From Eledone cirrhosa (lineage: Eukaryota), in contig OZ024741.1 of the NCBI GenBank assembly GCA_964016885.1, forward strand, positions 376,774,001 to 376,838,000: a DNA stretch of 64,000 nt, given 5' to 3'. Of this stretch, positions 60,014 through 64,000 are shown one piece after another. The translations under genes were made by a program, and so were the position numbers. Within the stretch, counting starts at the first letter, position 1; each line of letters starts with the position of its first letter. The notes under the pieces are model-generated. The model ran no database searches. It worked only from the letters and a program-made list of their open reading frames with translations, and had not been told where the DNA came from.

Positions 60014-60603
60014 GGTGGCTGCCAACTCGTTTTCGAGTACGGCCACTACTTTATATCCATGTAGGAGAACTCCTACCGATGCGCTGAACGAATGTGACTT
60101 TAGTCCAGCCAGCGACTTGAAAACTCTGGTACAAACACTACACTTGTGACAATTATTGACCCATAGTTCTAGGCCCACGTACCATGTGACGACAAGTGCA
60201 GGGAGATCTCCAGATATAAAGCAATGCCTGTGCCGTGAAGCTTTTATAGTGAGCAAAGGCACTGCACAAAGCCAGTCCCACTCTCTTAACCAAGATGATA
60301 TTTACCAAAAAGAAGAACAAGTCAACATCATTGGATACCATCAGAGTTGCAGGTGTTATATAAGAGTTTTCCTTCTCCTAGAATTCTGCCTTGACAAAGG
60401 CTAAGGGGTCATCTCTCCCGGTGATTTTGGATGGCCATTGACTCTTAAGAGCTCCTTTGCCCTTATAGTCCTGCAGGATGTCCAAAGTCACCCTGCTCTC
60501 CAAGAAACCTTAGTGGGGTTGCCAGTTTAGTCGCCCAAGACCCGACCATGGGACAAGTTGTACTGGAATACATGTTACCAGTAGCACCAAGTGGTGACCT
60601 GAC
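60012..60603 (-). mobile_element. ~590-bp non-autonomous RTE-derived element, copy 3
   Basis: Homologous to 11959-12547; '[20 protein letters not shown]'. Confidence 0.8.
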
Positions 60604-60689
60604 ATATATATATATATGTATGTATATGTATGTATACATACATACATGTATATGTATGTATACAAACATACATGTATACATACATACAC

Positions 60690-60760
<71 letters not shown>

Positions 60761-60943
60761 CATACATACATACATACATATATATATAGATATATACATA
60801 CATACATATATATAGAGATATATACATACATACATATATATATATATATACATACATACATACATAGATATATATATATATATACATACATACATATATA
60901 TATATATATACATACATATATATATATATATATACATACATAC

Positions 60944-60976
<33 letters not shown>

Positions 60977-60991
60977 CATACATACATATAT

Positions 60992-61045
<54 letters not shown>

Positions 61046-61049
<4 letters not shown>

Positions 61050-61556
61050 ACAAGTAAGACCCCGACGGCTGAGCTCAAGCCGTTTCGTCGGCTAATTCTG
61101 GACTGAATGAAAATTTATTCTGGTATTTAAATAGCCGAGCTTATCAAGGGGTAATTCCATATATGGTCAAAGAGATAATCACCAAGATTGGTCACATCAC
61201 AGGTTAGTAGTAAATCTGTGATGGCAAATTGGTGGTGGAAGGGGTAGCTAAACCTGCCGGTAGGAGAAAAAGAGGGAGGGGGTGGAGTAGACCCATTCAT
61301 GCGTTGGTAGTGCCGGCTACAACTGGGCGTGAGGTCAAAGAGGATACTGGGGAGGGGGAAGGAAGTCGAAACGGTAAGTAGAACAATGTAGGGTAAAACT
61401 ATAAAAATTACTGAGAGAGAAAAATAAATAAGCAAAGTCTGGTTACTAAGACATAAGTCCCTCGCTATTCCTAGGCTAAAAAAATCCATATATAAATAAA
61501 TAAACAAATAAGTGAATAAAAGAATAGATGAATAAATTAAAAAAAAAAAAAAAAAG

Positions 61557-61596
<40 letters not shown>

Positions 61597-64000
61597 GAAG
61601 AATAAAAAAATAAATAATAATAATAAAAATAAACTAGGTGAGACGGAAATAAAGGGACACTTATACGAGGTATAAGTGCGTATATCGTACGGTGACGGTT
61701 CAACAAAGGGGGGGGGGGGCGGCAAAATACTAAAGAGACTACCACGAAATAATAAAGGTTTCTACCCCAATCACAGGGCCAGCAACCACCCAGTGCAAGA
61801 AAATAAACTAGTACGAGAATATAATTCAGGTTCCCGCAAAAAAATACTAGTACTAACTCTAAGGGTACCGCCACGAGACGAAAAGTCTTATACAAGCTAC
61901 ATGAAAGATCGTACGAAGTAAAAGTAAAGAACGGAACATTAATACAGAAACAGCCCCCCCCCCCCCTCCAGAAAAAAAAGAGGGGAAAAAGAAGAAAGAA
62001 ATACTGGATAAACGAGAAATTAGAAGCAAAGATGCCACTAAGAAATATACAAGACACGGAAAAAAGGGACAGCGGTCGGAGAAGGGGGCAAGTATTCGAA
62101 GTCTAACACCTCTGCTATAAAAAGCGGAGGCAGCCAGATCTATCATAGAATAGGGGAGGGGGTGGGGTGCTGAAGCTACAAGGGACCGAGGGGCTACCTC
62201 GAGTGGGCGAGAAAAAGACGACGACAAAGAAAAGGAACTGGGGTAGAAGGACTAGGGAGGGATGGGGGGGAAGGACGGAATATAGAGGAAGCGATAAAAG
62301 AATGTAAAAGAAGATCTTACGTCTCCATTGGCAAGCAGGGTTGCCCATTACAAAATAGGCAAGTGGGGTGTTATACTCTAGTCTACGCCCCCCGGGTCAT
62401 TATGGGGTTTGAGGGCGAGGTAAGTCCTACGTAATCGGTGTTTACATGCAGTAACCAGTTCATCTTTCTTGTTGAGGAGTTGGTCCGTCGAAAACAGCAT
62501 TTGTAAAGTTTCCTCCGAGCATAAATTGCACGGACGGAGTCCTCCCGTGTAAGAGTTGACTCTGGACAGTAATTTCCAAGTGAGATCATAGTTTTTGTTG
62601 TTGTCCTTGAGGTCCCATATGTGGCTCGAAAATGTAGTGGCGTGACGCCGGGCCGGGTTTCGGAAGGTATGTCTGTGTTGGTATAGCCGGGTCTTGAAGT
62701 CACATGCGGTTAATCCTATATAAGCTTTGTTGGAGGTGTCCGTGCTCACGTTGCACTGGTAGATCACATTACAGTCTCTGCATCTGTTGTCGGGGGGGCA
62801 ACTGGATCTATCAGGACAGTTGTACCTCCTGGTCGGCTCTCCACTGCTATTTAGTTTGTTTCATCCATGGGGGTTGAGTTTTTTGTTGTTGGAGGAGACG
62901 ATGTTTTGTGCGAAGTTCGGCGTAGTGCTGTAAGAGAGTTTGATGGTATTTTTATTAATTATGTTGTGGTAGCGGTGTTGTGTTGGGAAGTGTTTTTCAA
63001 TGAGCCTAAGGAAAATTTTCCCGATGGGAGTTATCACCTCGGCGTTGTGGGGAGGATTGAACTATGTTACATTACGTGAGCGGCGGTGTCGCCTGCTGTT
63101 TCTGCTAATGGGAGCTGGACAGTAGGATATTTCCTCCCGGAAACCACTCCGCTTGAGGGCCTGGTTGTAGTAAGGCGCATGTTCATCGAATATCTTCTCA
63201 TTAGCTGACAAACGGGATATGCGGAGGGAGGTGTTTTTGACCAGGTTGTTGGTGATGTTTCTAGGATGGTTAGATCGGTGGTGGATGTAGTGCAGGTTGT
63301 CATTGGGTTTCCTGTATGGGTAGTACAGGTCATTATTGAGATCGAGGGTAACGTCTAGGAAATTAACTCGGGTCAGGGATGTTTGTAGGGTTATTTTAAA
63401 TCCCCAGTCAGGGAAGAAGCTGATTAATTGTTTACGGACCCGATCTGTACTACTGGGGTTGTACCCTTTAAGGGTAAGGAGCCCATCATCACGGTACAAT
63501 CCACCACCGAAAGCAGGAAACATATCGGTCAGTTTGATTATAAGGAATAATCCTATAAGATCTGTGACCTCTGCCGAATCTGTAGCGCCCATGCTGACGT
63601 CGAAGGGTGAGTCGGGAGCTCTTTTTATCCATTTGGAGTTGTCAAAGAGTAAGACTGTCTTCCTGGCGTGGAGGAGGATTTTTCTTTCCTGGTCGGTGAT
63701 GCGCACAAGTGCTTCGGCGAAGTCCAAGGCGGCAGTATGTAGCTGTAAGGTGATTGAAGCATAGTAGCTCTCTATGTCGAACTGGATAAATTTAGTGTCT
63801 CGTTTATCCTCCATATTGGTGAACCATGAGATAACTTCCTGGGTGTTGATCCATAGGCTAAATCGGGGGTGTTGCTTGAATTTTGGTATCACGCGGTCTA
63901 GGATTTTTTTGCTGATTCTCCCTATGTCGGACTTCGTTGGGTTTATAAGCCTGATAGATGGTTTACGGTCGAAATCAGATTTGTGGTCCTTCATTGTGAA
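61046..64000 (-). mobile_element. Hydra-like PLE running off the window end; RT (63062-63994) and GIY-YIG (62378-62767) separated by frameshifts
   Basis: 'KDHK..IRLINPTKSDIGRISK', 'FIQFDIESYY', 'FDVSMGATDSAE', 'GLYRDDGL', 'VNFLDVTLDL', 'YIGLTACDFKTR'. Confidence 0.95.
61059..61152 (-). ncRNA. Type I hammerhead, U3-A8 core, long domain II, full stem III
   Basis: ACCCC-TTGATAA-G(C)TCGGCTA...TAGCCGAC-GAAA-CGGCT-TGAGCTC-AGCCG-TC/GGGGT. Confidence 0.88.

Overview
AT-rich eukaryotic DNA, probably octopus: it carries a tRNA-derived Meta-domain SINE that I recognise as abundant in Octopus, plus very long (TA)n/(TACA)n tracts. No host protein-coding gene can be supported. The window is a nest of retroelements inserted into (TA)n microsatellites, dominated by Penelope-like elements (PLEs) of at least three types (Hydra-like, Neptune-like, one unassigned). 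It also holds RTE LINE fragments and an RTE-derived non-autonomous element, a deleted mariner, a CRE-like remnant, SINEs and a probable solo LTR. Reading both strands by eye gave about 24 hammerhead ribozyme (HHR) motifs in about 10 sequence families. Five families use the covariant U3-A8 core (TTGAWAA), and six have a domain II expanded to about 48-108 nt. Several lie in non-coding tandem units of 530, 591 and ~702 bp that look like oversized retrozymes. A near-complete Neptune-like PLE has a separate ~430-aa upstream ORF joined to RT-GIY-YIG through a T TTT TTA heptamer in exactly the -1 register. All folds and family assignments are manual and unverified by computation.
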